Below, piece by piece: positions 18,894 through 30,187 of a stretch of 64,000 nucleotides of DNA; the first letter of the stretch is position 1; each line of letters begins with the position of its first letter. Under the pieces are notes generated by a model. The model saw nothing but the letters and a program-made list of their open reading frames with translations, did not search any database and was not told where the DNA came from. Both the position numbers and the translations under genes were made by a program. The DNA comes from Candidatus Eiseniibacteriota bacterium (GTDB taxonomy: Bacteria; Eisenbacteria; RBG-16-71-46; SZUA-252), in assembly GCA_031370645.1 (NCBI GenBank), contig JANMQV010000151.1, positions 10,416 to 74,415 on the forward strand. Reading direction: 5' to 3'.

Positions 18894-20384
18894 ATGATGC
18901 TCCCGATTCTTCTCCGTTCGCCTCTGGCCGGCGACCTTCTCCTCACGCTCTATCTCCTCGTCTGGGTCGTACTCGCCGCGTTCGGAATTCATCGCCTCCA
19001 TCTCGTTCGCCTCTACCGCCGCGGAGAGCGTGAGCGCCTTGTGGCGCCGCCTCCCGCGCCGCCGCGCGAATGGCCGCTCGTCACCGTGCAGTTGCCGGTC
19101 TACAACGAGCAGTACGTGGTGGAACGCCTGCTCGACGCCGCGGCTTCGCTCGACTATCCGCGCGACCGATTGGAAATCCAGCTGCTCGACGACTCGACCG
19201 ACGCGACGACCGAGATCGCCGCCGCGCGAATCGCCGCGTGGCGAGCGCGCGGGACGAACGTCGTCCATCTTCGCCGGCCCGATCGCGCCGGCTTCAAGGC
19301 GGGTGCGCTTCAGGCCGGACTCGAATGCGCGTCGGGAGATCTCCTCGCCATTTTCGACGCCGACTTCGTGCCGCCCCCCACGTTCCTGCGCTCGCTCGTT
19401 CCGTATTTCCAGGACGGCGGGGTCGGCATGGTGCAATCGCGGTGGGAGCACCTGAACGAAACCTACTCGCTCCTCGCGCGCGCGCAGGCCATCTCCCTCG
19501 ACGGTCATTTCCTCGTGGAGCATTCGGCGCGCATGGCGGGAGGTTCGTTCTTCAACTTCAACGGCACGGCCGGCATTCTTCGAAAGGCGTGCATTCGCGA
19601 CGCGGGCGGCTGGCAGTCCGACACGCTGACGGAGGATCTCGATCTCTCCTACCGCGCGCAATTGAAGGGGTGGCGTTTCGTCTTCGCGCCGCACGTCGCC
19701 TGCCCGGCCGAACTCCCGGTTGAGATGAACGCCTTCAAGGCTCAGCAGCACCGCTGGGTGAAGGGCTCCATTCAGGTGGCTCGAAAACTCCTCCCGGTGA
19801 TCTGGCGATCTCCCGCGCCGCTCTCCGTGAAGGTCGAAGCGACGTTTCATCTCACCTCCAACGTCGCCTACGTGGCGCTCCTCCTTCTCTCGATCATCGT
19901 CTATCCGGTCGTGCTCGAGCGCTACGAGAGCCGGAGCCTCTTCTTCACGATCGCCGACGCGCTCCTCTTTCTCACCGCCACCACCTCCACGCTCGTCTAT
20001 TTCGGCGTCGCGCAGAACGATCTCCGCGGCGGCTGGAAGAAACGAATCCAGTACTTGCCGTTCGTCATGTCGCTCGGGATCGGGCTGGCGGTGAATAACA
20101 CGCGGGCGGTGCTCGGAGCCTTGTTCGGGACGCGAGGCGCCTTCATCCGGACGCCCAAATTCCGGATCGCGTCGCGGAGCGATTCGTGGCGGAAGAAGCG
20201 CTATCGGGCGCCGGTTAACGGATGGGCGCTCCTCGAACTCGGGCTCGGCGGCTACTTCGCGTGGGCCATGGTGTCGCTCTACCACGCGGCCCGCTTCGCT
20301 TCGATTCCGTTCTTCTTTCTCTACCTCTTCGGATTCCTCTACGTCGGCGTGCTCTCCGTGACGCACGCCTCCGTCCGCCGGTAG
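18894..20384 (+). CDS. Processive GT2 (cellulose-synthase-like) membrane glycosyltransferase
   Basis: VTVQLPVYNE, LDDSTD, GFKAGAL, FDADF, TEDLD, QQHRW (QxxRW); C-terminal TMs; alternative start 18882. Confidence 0.92.
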   Translation: MMLPILLRSPLAGDLLLTLYLLVWVVLAAFGIHRLHLVRLYRRGERERLVAPPPAPPREWPLVTVQLPVYNEQYVVERLLDAAASLDYPRDRLEIQLLDDSTDATTEIAAARIAAWRARGTNVVHLRRPDRAGFKAGALQAGLECASGDLLAIFDADFVPPPTFLRSLVPYFQDGGVGMVQSRWEHLNETYSLLARAQAISLDGHFLVEHSARMAGGSFFNFNGTAGILRKACIRDAGGWQSDTLTEDLDLSYRAQLKGWRFVFAPHVACPAELPVEMNAFKAQQHRWVKGSIQVARKLLPVIWRSPAPLSVKVEATFHLTSNVAYVALLLLSIIVYPVVLERYESRSLFFTIADALLFLTATTSTLVYFGVAQNDLRGGWKKRIQYLPFVMSLGIGLAVNNTRAVLGALFGTRGAFIRTPKFRIASRSDSWRKKRYRAPVNGWALLELGLGGYFAWAMVSLYHAARFASIPFFFLYLFGFLYVGVLSVTHASVRR

Positions 20385-21634
20385 CGCTCCGCCCGGAGCG
20401 CCAGGGCCGCGCCAAGGGAGGCAGCCGCCCATCCACCGTACTCGACCCACGGAATCCAGGCCGGGAGCTCCCAGACGCCGGTGGCTCGCGAGGCGCCGAG
20501 CGCCGCGTAGGAGAGCGCGACCAATCCGCTGAAGAGAAGAAGGCCCGCCTCGGCGTGAAGCGGCAGGAGCGCGACCAATAACACGAGATACCAGGGATAG
20601 ACGGTGGGGCTCGCGAGAATCCACGCGGTCAAGAGAAGGAGTGCCGCGCCCGTGAGAGTTCGCGCCCGCCAGGCGACGACAAGCGCCGCGACCGCGAGGA
20701 GTGCTAGGAGAATGGCGCGGGGAGACTCTCCCGTTTCGAAGTGCGGCCGGAGGAGCGCGTAGAGCGAGCCGTTGAATTCCCAGTTGCGGAGGTACGTCGC
20801 GAGCCCTGTCCAGAGCGCGCTGCCGGCGGAGAGGAACGGCACGAAGAGCGCGGCCGCGGCAACCGCCGCCACGGCAAGCGTCCGGAAAGCACGGCGCCGG
20901 ATGAGCGCCGGGACGAGGAGGAGGGGCATATACTTCACGAGTACCGCCGAAGCGAACGCCGCGCCTGAGAGCCCCGGCCGTCCGCGCTCGTGAAGCGCGA
21001 GCGCGAAGAGAAGGAAGGCGGCGGCAGCCAGGTCGACGTGCCCGCTCCCAAAGCTCTCGACGATCACGAGCGGATTCCAGAAGTAGAGAAGGAGCCGCTC
21101 GGTGGGAAGTCCCCGCGCGCGCAGGAGCGAAGCGAGCGCGAGGAGAAGCAGCGCTTCGAGCGCCAGGAGCGTCGCCTTCCACGCCCAGGGCTCCGCGGCA
21201 AGCCGGGCCGTCGCGCCGAAAAGGACCTGCGCCATCGGCGGGTAGATCGTCGGGACGTCGGCGTGATTGAGGCGGGAGAGGAGCGCGTCGTGGTAGCGTG
21301 CAAGCGAGGGATCGGAGGGCGCATGCGGGAAGGGATTCACCCCTTCCGCCACGAGGCGCCCGTCCCAGAGGTAGCGATAGACGTCTTCAGAGAGTTTCGG
21401 TTCGAGCGGGAGCAAGAGGAGCCGCGGCAAAAGCCCGACCGCGAGGAGAAGCGGGAGCCTCAGGCGCGCGCCGCGCCGCAAGACGAGCCAAGCGCCGACA
21501 AGATAGAACGCATGCGCCGCCAGCCACGGAACGAGGAGCTGGGCCGCGCGTGAACCGTCCGCGAGTCCGGCGGCGGCCGTGAGGGCCGCCGAGGCGACGC
21601 CGACGAAGAGGAGCGTCCGTTCAAGATGACTCAA
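20339..21634 (-). CDS. GT-C fold membrane glycosyltransferase (GT87/DUF2029-like)
   Basis: LSEDVYRYLWDG, TIYPP, WNPL, GHVD, WEFNGS, YPWY; many TMs; start uncertain. Confidence 0.82.
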   Translation of the reverse strand: MSHLERTLLFVGVASAALTAAAGLADGSRAAQLLVPWLAAHAFYLVGAWLVLRRGARLRLPLLLAVGLLPRLLLLPLEPKLSEDVYRYLWDGRLVAEGVNPFPHAPSDPSLARYHDALLSRLNHADVPTIYPPMAQVLFGATARLAAEPWAWKATLLALEALLLLALASLLRARGLPTERLLLYFWNPLVIVESFGSGHVDLAAAAFLLFALALHERGRPGLSGAAFASAVLVKYMPLLLVPALIRRRAFRTLAVAAVAAAALFVPFLSAGSALWTGLATYLRNWEFNGSLYALLRPHFETGESPRAILLALLAVAALVVAWRARTLTGAALLLLTAWILASPTVYPWYLVLLVALLPLHAEAGLLLFSGLVALSYAALGASRATGVWELPAWIPWVEYGGWAAASLGAALALRAERYRRTEACVTESTPT

Positions 21635-22747
21635 TCAGGCCGCGATTCTAAGAAGCGCCCGCCCGCGGGTCAACGCGCTCCGGCGGAGCTCGCTTCGACC
21701 GACCCGGAGGTGCGAGGCCTCTGGGAGTTCGATTCCGCGGGCCCCGAATCGACGGAGGAGGCGCGCGCCCGAAAGCGCGAGGTCGCCCGGGAGCGGCGGT
21801 CGGTCGTCCAGAATCTCATCGGCGTGAGCGCTCGGATGCAGCGGGTCTTCCGATTGATCGAGAAGGTCGCGCCCACCGACAGCTCGGTGCTCCTCACGGG
21901 CGAGAGCGGAACCGGGAAGGAAATGGCCGCCGCCGCCATCCACCTCTCGAGCCACCGCGCGCACCGCCCCTTCGTGACCGTGAACTGCGCTGCCATCACC
22001 GAATCGCTCTTCGAAAGCGAACTCTTCGGGCACGTGCGCGGCGCCTTCACGGGCGCCGTCTCGGATCGCGTCGGTCTCATGAAACAGGCCGACGGAGGCA
22101 CGCTCTTCCTCGACGAGGTGGCGGAGATGGTGCCGGGGGTCCAGGTAAAGCTCCTCCGGGCGCTCCAGAATGGAGAGGTTCGCCGCGTGGGGGGAACCGA
22201 GACGTTCCGTGTCGACGTTCGGATCGTCGCCGCGACCAACGTCGACGTGCGAAAAGCGCTCGCCGACGGGAAGCTGCGCGAGGATCTCTACTACCGGCTC
22301 AGCGTCTTTCACATCGAATTGCCGCCGCTTCGGGAGCGTCGCGAGGACATTCCGATCCTGGCGAACTTTTTCCGCGAACGAGCCGCCGCGAGGTTGGGGA
22401 AGAGAGTCGAGCGCTTCAGCGAGCGGGCGCAGTACTACCTCCTCCACTACGACTATCCCGGCAACGTGCGGGAATTGCTGAACGGCGTCGAACGGGCCAC
22501 GGTCCTGGCCGACGGGCCCGAGATCAGCCACCTCGACCTCCCTCCTTCATTTCGGGAGGCACCGATCCAACTACTTCACGAGGGGACCGCCTTTCCGTAC
22601 GCGGAAACCATGACGCTCGCTCAGTTGGAGAGGGAGCACATCTCCCGCGTCCTCGTTCACCACGCCGGCAACAGCACGAAGGCAGCCAAGAGCCTCGGGA
22701 TTTCACGTTCCACTCTCTGGCGAAAAATGAGAGACTATCGAATATAG
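21626..22747 (+). CDS. Sigma54 enhancer-binding protein lacking an N-terminal sensory domain
   Basis: GESGTGKE, ESELFGH, GAFTGA, YPGNVREL, HTH AAKSLGISRSTLWRK; only about 60 aa before the AAA+ core; start uncertain. Confidence 0.9.
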   Translation: MTQSGRDSKKRPPAGQRAPAELASTDPEVRGLWEFDSAGPESTEEARARKREVARERRSVVQNLIGVSARMQRVFRLIEKVAPTDSSVLLTGESGTGKEMAAAAIHLSSHRAHRPFVTVNCAAITESLFESELFGHVRGAFTGAVSDRVGLMKQADGGTLFLDEVAEMVPGVQVKLLRALQNGEVRRVGGTETFRVDVRIVAATNVDVRKALADGKLREDLYYRLSVFHIELPPLRERREDIPILANFFRERAAARLGKRVERFSERAQYYLLHYDYPGNVRELLNGVERATVLADGPEISHLDLPPSFREAPIQLLHEGTAFPYAETMTLAQLEREHISRVLVHHAGNSTKAAKSLGISRSTLWRKMRDYRI

Positions 22748-22748
22748 G

Positions 22749-22807
22749 TGATCCATATTGAAACTATAATGCGCTTCGAAATGGAACAATTGATACGGTT
22801 TGGAACA
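22749..22807 (+). promoter_or_regulatory. Three 17-bp imperfect palindromic boxes, putative enhancer (UAS)
   Basis: TGATCCA-TAT-TGAAACT (22749), CGCTTCG-AAA-TGGAACA (22772), TGATACG-GTT-TGGAACA (22791). Confidence 0.5.
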
Positions 22808-22873
22808 GCCTCTAGCGCGCGATATAATCCGCTAAATCGCTGTTAATATTACAAATAATCAATGCCAAGAGAG

Positions 22874-22890
22874 TGGCACGTTGGGTGCAA
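22874..22890 (+). promoter_or_regulatory. Sigma54 (-24/-12) promoter
   Basis: TGGCACGTTGGGTGCAA, GG-N10-GC spacing, preceded by an AT-rich tract. Confidence 0.8.
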
Positions 22891-22962
22891 TACCCCTCCA
22901 GCGAGTTACCGGCGAGGCCACGATGGCCGCGCCCTAGTCACCACCACGCAGGAGGAATTACC

Positions 22963-23406
22963 ATGACGCTCGTACGCTGGAACCCGGTCCGGGAAATGCT
23001 CACCCTCGAAAGCGAAATGGGTCGCCTCTTTCACGGTCTCCCCGGCGGCACTCCCGAAGCCGAGACTTCGGCGCCCTGGTCGCCCCGCGTCGATATCGAA
23101 GAGGGGCGCGAAGGATATGTCGTGAAGGCGGAGCTCCCGGGCATCAAGCTCGAGGACATCAAGATCACGGTCGCCGACAATCGCCTCGTCATTCAGGGCG
23201 AGAGGCGGCGCGAAGCCGAAAAGAACGACACCGCCTATCATCGCGTGGAGCGGATCTACGGCGCCTTCGAGCGCGCGTTCACCCTCCCGAAGGCGGTGGC
23301 CGCGGACAAGATCGAGGCGATCTACCGCGAGGGCGTCCTCGAGGTTCGCGTTCCGAAGGCCGAGGAGGCCAAGGCCCGCGAGATCCAGATCAAGATCGAG
23401 AAGTAA
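22963..23406 (+). CDS. Hsp20/alpha-crystallin small heat-shock protein
   Basis: AGGAGG RBS; LVRWNP, PRVDI, AELPG, ERIYGAFERAFTLP, GVLEVRVPK. Confidence 0.95.
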   Translation: MTLVRWNPVREMLTLESEMGRLFHGLPGGTPEAETSAPWSPRVDIEEGREGYVVKAELPGIKLEDIKITVADNRLVIQGERRREAEKNDTAYHRVERIYGAFERAFTLPKAVAADKIEAIYREGVLEVRVPKAEEAKAREIQIKIEK

Positions 23407-23500
23407 CGGAATCGACCGCGGCTCGGCATCGTGCCGGCCGCGAGATGAAGTCTGACGCGCGGAGGGGCCCTGGGCCCCTCTGCGTGCAACGGAGGGAGCA

Positions 23501-25450
23501 ATGGGAAAGATCATCGGCATTGACCTTGGCACCACGAACTCGTGCGTCGCCGTGATGGAAGGCGGAGAGCCGGTCGTGATCGCAAACGCCGAGGGAAATC
23601 GCACGACTCCCTCCATCGTGGCGTTCACGAAGAGCGGCGAGCGGCTGGTGGGACAGGTCGCGAAGCGGCAGGCGGTCACCAATCCGCAGAATACCGTCTA
23701 TTCGGCCAAGCGCTTCATGGGCCGGAAGTACTCGGAGATTTCGACCGAGGCGAAGAACGTCCCCTACACGGTGAAGGACGCGAAGGGCGGCGGCGTTGAA
23801 ATCCCGCTCGGCGACAAGTCGTACAGCCCGCCCGAGATCTCCGCGATGATTCTCCAGAAGATGAAGCAGACGGCGGAAGACTATCTCGGCGAGCCGGTGA
23901 CCGAAGCGGTCATCACGGTCCCGGCCTATTTCAACGACGCGCAGCGGCAGGCCACGAAGGATGCCGGGCGGATCGCGGGCCTCGAGGTGAAGCGAATCAT
24001 CAATGAGCCGACCGCGGCGGCGCTTGCCTACGGGCTCGACAAGAAGAAGGACGAAAAGATCGCCGTCTACGACTTGGGCGGCGGCACCTATGACATTTCG
24101 ATTCTCGAACTCGGAGACGGCGTCTTCGAGGTGAAGTCGACCAACGGCGATACGCACCTAGGCGGCGACGACTTCGACAAGAAGGTCATCGACTGGCTCG
24201 CCGCGGAGTTTCAGAAGACGGAGGGAATCGACCTTCGGAAGGACCCGATGGCGCTCCAGCGGCTGAAGGAGGCCGCGGAGAAAGCGAAGATCGAGCTTTC
24301 GACCGTCATGCAGACCGACGTGAACCTGCCGTTCATCACGGCCGACGCGACCGGTCCGAAGCATTTGAACGTGACGCTCTCGCGCGCCAAGTACGAGGCG
24401 CTCGTCGACGACCTGATCGAGCGGACGATCGGCCCCATGGAGCGGGCGCTGGCGGACGCGGGGATCAAGGCCTCTGAAGTCGACGAGGTGATCCTGGTCG
24501 GAGGCGCGACGCGCACGCCGAAGGTGCAGGAGATCGTGAAGAAGTTCTTCGGCGGGAAAGAGCCGCACCGCGGCGTGAATCCCGACGAGGTGGTGGCGAT
24601 CGGCGCGGCCATTCAGGGCGGCGTCCTCGGCGGCAGCGTGAAGGACGTGCTCCTTCTCGACGTGACGCCGCTTTCGCTCGGCATTGAAACGCTGGGCGGC
24701 GTGGGCACGAAGCTGATCGAGCGAAACACCACGATCCCGACCAAGAAGAGCGAGACCTTTTCGACCGCTTCGGACAGCCAGCCGCAGGTGGAAATCCACG
24801 TGCTGCAGGGCGAGCGTCCAATGGCGATCGACAACAAGACGATCGGCCGCTTCCAACTGACCGGCATTCCGCCGGCGCCGCGGGGCATTCCGCAGATCGA
24901 GGTGACGTTCGACATCGACGCGAACGGCATCCTCCACGTCTCGGCCCGCGACAAGGCGACCGGCAAGGAGCAGAAGATTCGCATCGAGGCCTCGAGCGGA
25001 CTCTCCGAGCAGGAGATCCAGAAGATGGTGAAGGACGCCGAGTCGCATGCGGACGAGGACAAGGAACGCCGCGAGCAGATCGAGGTGAAGAACCGCGGCG
25101 ATGCCCTGGCCTGGGAGACCGAGAAGCAGCTGAAGGAACTCGGCGACAAGGTGGACGCCGAGTCGAAGGCGAAGGTCGAAGGCGCGCTCGAGACGCTGAA
25201 GAAGGCGCTCGAGCGGAACGACACGGCCGAGATCAAGTCGGGGAGCGAGGAGCTCTCGACGATCTGGAATGACGTCTCGGCGAAGCTCTATGCCGACGCG
25301 GCGAAGGCCGGCGGCGCGGGCGGTCCCGAGATGGGCGGCCCGGAAGGCCCCGGCCCCGGTCACAATCCGGCCGGCGAGCCGGGCGCGTCCGGAAAGAAGG
25401 ACGGCGGCGAGGACGGCGCGGTGGACGCGGATTACGAGGTGGTGAAGTAG
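23501..25450 (+). CDS. dnaK: Chaperone DnaK (Hsp70)
   Basis: [32 protein letters not shown]-terminal DADYEVV. Confidence 0.99.
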   Translation: MGKIIGIDLGTTNSCVAVMEGGEPVVIANAEGNRTTPSIVAFTKSGERLVGQVAKRQAVTNPQNTVYSAKRFMGRKYSEISTEAKNVPYTVKDAKGGGVEIPLGDKSYSPPEISAMILQKMKQTAEDYLGEPVTEAVITVPAYFNDAQRQATKDAGRIAGLEVKRIINEPTAAALAYGLDKKKDEKIAVYDLGGGTYDISILELGDGVFEVKSTNGDTHLGGDDFDKKVIDWLAAEFQKTEGIDLRKDPMALQRLKEAAEKAKIELSTVMQTDVNLPFITADATGPKHLNVTLSRAKYEALVDDLIERTIGPMERALADAGIKASEVDEVILVGGATRTPKVQEIVKKFFGGKEPHRGVNPDEVVAIGAAIQGGVLGGSVKDVLLLDVTPLSLGIETLGGVGTKLIERNTTIPTKKSETFSTASDSQPQVEIHVLQGERPMAIDNKTIGRFQLTGIPPAPRGIPQIEVTFDIDANGILHVSARDKATGKEQKIRIEASSGLSEQEIQKMVKDAESHADEDKERREQIEVKNRGDALAWETEKQLKELGDKVDAESKAKVEGALETLKKALERNDTAEIKSGSEELSTIWNDVSAKLYADAAKAGGAGGPEMGGPEGPGPGHNPAGEPGASGKKDGGEDGAVDADYEVVK

Positions 25451-25487
25451 GGACGCCGCCGATCCAGCCATTGAGAATCGAGATATC

Positions 25488-25522
25488 CCGCCCCGGCAGG
25501 GAAACCCGCCGGGGCGGTCTTG
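25488..25522 (+). terminator. Intrinsic terminator-like hairpin after dnaK
   Basis: CCGCCCCGGC...GCCGGGGCGG stem followed by TCTT. Confidence 0.6.
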
Positions 25523-25690
25523 CATTCAAGTCCCACCGGCTCCGCGAATTCGTAATTCAAACGAGATTCAAACGAGCGGAGACAAACCTCTCGAAAAACC
25601 CGAACCCGGACGCCGCGGCACGGCGTCCAACCTACGTCGGAGTCGTCGCCGCCGCGCGGGAACTCCGGTCCTCGAAAGGAGCCGAATTCC

Positions 25691-26176
25691 ATGAAGGCCG
25701 TCACCCTCCAAAAAGCAACCTTCGCCGCCGGCTGTTTCTGGGGTGTCGAAGAGACGTTTCGCCAGACCCGTGGCGTCATCGGCACGGCGGTCGGCTACGT
25801 CGGAGGCAAATCGACCGAGCCGACGTACGAGCAAGTCTGTTCGGGACGGACGGGACACGCCGAGGCCGTCGAGGTGACGTTCGACCCGTCGGTCGTGACC
25901 TACGAGGCGATGCTCAAAATCTTCTGGGAGAACCACGATCCGACGACCCTCAATCGCCAGGGTCCGGACATTGGGGAGCAGTATCGTTCCGCCATCTTCG
26001 TACATTCGCCGGAGCAGGAAGCCTCGGCGAAGATTTCGAAGGCGAGCCTGGAAGCGTCGGGGCAATTCCGACGGCCGATCGTGACGCAGATCGTGCCGGC
26101 CACGACCTTCTGGCGCGCCGAGGAATACCATCAGCAGTATCTCGCGAAGCGAGGTGCCCGCTCCTGTCACATCTAG
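25691..26176 (+). CDS. msrA: Peptide methionine sulfoxide reductase A
   Basis: [32 protein letters not shown]. Confidence 0.97.
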   Translation: MKAVTLQKATFAAGCFWGVEETFRQTRGVIGTAVGYVGGKSTEPTYEQVCSGRTGHAEAVEVTFDPSVVTYEAMLKIFWENHDPTTLNRQGPDIGEQYRSAIFVHSPEQEASAKISKASLEASGQFRRPIVTQIVPATTFWRAEEYHQQYLAKRGARSCHI

Positions 26177-26368
26177 GAGCGGTTTGAAGGAGTGAGTATT
26201 GAAGTAGCGGTACAAGGGGCGAAAACGCGGCGCCTGCTCAGGCACTCCCCATCTTTAGTACAGCGCCGCGTCTAGCCCCGTCCAATTTCCCGAAGCCGAT
26301 TCCCTCCCCACGTCGTCCTCGCCGGCAGCCCACCGGCTCACGACCGATCGCCTCATCGCCTCCGCGCC

Positions 26369-27427
26369 TCATCGCCGTCGCGGAATCTTGTGGGCGGTGA
26401 CGGGGAGGCGTCTGCGCCCGGCGAACGGCATCTGGACCAGCGCCACGGCGAGCACGAGCGCGATGTGCGCGGCGAAATAGCGAAGAAGGATCGACAGGGC
26501 GGGGGCAGGGTGCTCGGCGTTCGACCCGAAGAGGTATTGAATGACGGAGATGACGTATCCGTTTCGAACGACGTTCGACGTGGTTCCCAGCGTGAAAGCC
26601 CAGAGGCCGAGTGGAAGGCCGAGCGTGACCACGATCGCCACGCCCACGAGATTCGCCCGAACGCGCATCGCCGCGGCGAGACTCGAAGCGCTGGTCGAGA
26701 GGTTCAGGAACCAGATGCCGAGCCAGAAACTCGAAAGAAGGGTTCCGCCTCCCGCCATCAGGTCGACGATGCTGTCGGTGGGCGCCCGGCGGATGACGAA
26801 GACGTGCGACAAACTCAGAAGGAGTGCCGCCGCCACGCACCAGCGGGCCAGCGCCTCGCGGTCGGGGTCCACCTGCGGTCCGACAATGGAAGCGGCGAGA
26901 TGCGCGCCCCCGACGAAGAGCACGGAGACGCAGCCGAAGAGCGCGAGGAAGCGTCCCATGATCTCGAGATCGCCGCCCCAGTGAAAGATCGGCGTTCCGA
27001 CGACGTGGTGGATCGTCTCCAACGGTGCGGTGGCGCTCAATCCCGACCAGACGACGAGCGCGTGGCTGAAGACGAAGAGGGGAAGGAGGAAGGTTCGGTC
27101 CCACCCTCCACGGGAGCACCAACGAGCAAAGAAGATCGGCGGGGCGAACGCGGCGAAAACGCCGAGGGGGAGGCCGAACACCACGAGGGCGCCGCCCCTG
27201 GCGAAGAAGTCGTGCACGTAGGGGGGAACCGCTTTCGTGGTAGCGGCGAGCATCGAAGCCCCTAGAAGGAGCGCGTAGACCAGAAACGATCGGAAGAACA
27301 TCTTCCCGATCTGGTTCGACCGCCTCGATCGAGAGTGACGCCGTCCCAACGCCGCGCTGACGGGGGACTGCGCCGCTGGATCCGCGGCTACCGGCTCCCC
27401 ACTCACCCCTGTCGAATCCATCGACAT
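26369..27427 (-). CDS. Uncharacterised polytopic membrane protein
   Basis: GGAGG-type RBS before ATG 27427; about 8-9 hydrophobic segments. Confidence 0.6.
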   Translation of the reverse strand: MSMDSTGVSGEPVAADPAAQSPVSAALGRRHSRSRRSNQIGKMFFRSFLVYALLLGASMLAATTKAVPPYVHDFFARGGALVVFGLPLGVFAAFAPPIFFARWCSRGGWDRTFLLPLFVFSHALVVWSGLSATAPLETIHHVVGTPIFHWGGDLEIMGRFLALFGCVSVLFVGGAHLAASIVGPQVDPDREALARWCVAAALLLSLSHVFVIRRAPTDSIVDLMAGGGTLLSSFWLGIWFLNLSTSASSLAAAMRVRANLVGVAIVVTLGLPLGLWAFTLGTTSNVVRNGYVISVIQYLFGSNAEHPAPALSILLRYFAAHIALVLAVALVQMPFAGRRRLPVTAHKIPRRR

Positions 27428-27566
27428 CCGCCCGCCCTCCAATTCCGTGGCCGCATCCCGCCCCTCGCGGTGCCGCCGACCGGGCGCATGCCCCGGAAGT
27501 GACGCCGCCGCCGCCGCATGGAAGCACAACCAGGCCCCCGGACGCCAGCCCCGGGCTTCTTTTCCG

Positions 27567-27595
27567 CTAAGCAATCGGCTGAAACGGGCCGATAT
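27567..27595 (+). promoter_or_regulatory. Sigma28-like promoter motif
   Basis: CTAAG-N16-GCCGATAT upstream of a sigma54 activator gene. Confidence 0.4.
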
Positions 27596-27670
27596 CCCTC
27601 ACGTCACGGCGGGTCGCCATCGGCGGCCTGGCGCCACGGGGGCGCCGCCGCCGTAGGGGGTAACTGCTCG

Positions 27671-29146
<1,476 letters not shown>

Positions 29147-29203
29147 ACCCCCCCTCGCCCCGCCGTTACCCCGAAGAGGCCGAACTCCTCGCGGGGGCTT
29201 CGC

Positions 29204-29232
29204 TTGACACGATTCGGCCCCGCCCGTAGCCT
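29204..29232 (+). promoter_or_regulatory. Sigma70-type promoter
   Basis: TTGACA-N17-TAGCCT. Confidence 0.65.
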
Positions 29233-29299
29233 TTCTCGGTAGCCTCCAAAGAATAGCGAACCCAATCCCACCCCCGACGCGTCTCTAATCGAGGCAACA

Positions 29300-29911
29300 G
29301 TGGCCCAGGAGCTGAAAGCTGTTCCGGACGAAATGCTCGTGCGCCGCTCCCAAGCGGACGACGATCGGGCATTTGGCGAACTGCTGGAACGGTACGAGAC
29401 GAAGGTCTACAGCCTGGCCCTGAAGATGCTGCGCAATCCCGAGGACGCCGAGGACGTGCTGCAGGACACCTTCCTCCGGGCCTACCGCGGCATCAAGTCG
29501 TTCAAGGGGAATTCGACGTTTTCCACCTGGATCTACCGCATCACCGCCAACTCGGCGTTGATGAAGCTCCGGAAGAAGCAACTCCCGACGGTCTCGATCG
29601 ACGACGCGGACGAGCGCGAGACGCCGATCAACATCGCGGACTGGGCCCCCGGCCCGGTGGAGCAACTCTTGAACGAGGAGACGCGGCAAGCCATGAGCGA
29701 CGCGATCGACGCCCTCCCCGCTGAATTCCGACAGGTATTCGTTCTGAGGGATGTGGAGGGGTTGTCGAACGCGGACGCCGCCGAGATTCTCGATCTCTCC
29801 GTGGCGGCGGTGAAGTCCCGTCTCCATCGCGCGCGGCTGAAGGTGCGGAATCACCTCGCTCACTTCTTCAACGACACGCGCGGTCGGCGGACGATGGGAG
29901 CCCGCTCATGA
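29300..29911 (+). CDS. ECF RNA polymerase sigma factor
   Basis: AFGELLERY, DAEDVLQDTFLRAY, FSTWIYRI, AVKSRLHRAR. Confidence 0.95.
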   Translation: MAQELKAVPDEMLVRRSQADDDRAFGELLERYETKVYSLALKMLRNPEDAEDVLQDTFLRAYRGIKSFKGNSTFSTWIYRITANSALMKLRKKQLPTVSIDDADERETPINIADWAPGPVEQLLNEETRQAMSDAIDALPAEFRQVFVLRDVEGLSNADAAEILDLSVAAVKSRLHRARLKVRNHLAHFFNDTRGRRTMGARS

Positions 29912-30180
29912 TGTCGTGCAAGGACGTCCTCGATTCGATGTCTCTCTACCTGGACGAGGAACTGAAGCAGGACATCGTAGTCGAGATGCAGCGTCACATC
30001 GGGAAGTGCTCCGACTGCAGAGCCGAGTTCGATACCCTCACGATGACGCTCAAGCTCTACCGACACGACGAAACCCCGCAGATGCCCGCCGGATGCCACG
30101 ACCGCCTCATCAAGGTCCTCCAGATCGAGACGATGCGGGAGAAGCAGCCCGACGTGGACCCGGACCCGACGAAGGCCTAA
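29908..30180 (+). CDS. Zinc-binding (zf-HC2) anti-sigma factor, soluble
   Basis: C..V...SLYLDEEL...HIGKCSDC (HxxxCxxC); ATGA overlap; no TM. Confidence 0.88.
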   Translation: MMSCKDVLDSMSLYLDEELKQDIVVEMQRHIGKCSDCRAEFDTLTMTLKLYRHDETPQMPAGCHDRLIKVLQIETMREKQPDVDPDPTKA

Positions 30181-30187
30181 CCTCCCC

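Noticed and set aside
21626-21634. Head-to-head 5' overlap of the GT-C gene and the activator
   Set aside because: Probably a start-codon calling artefact; either gene may start further downstream
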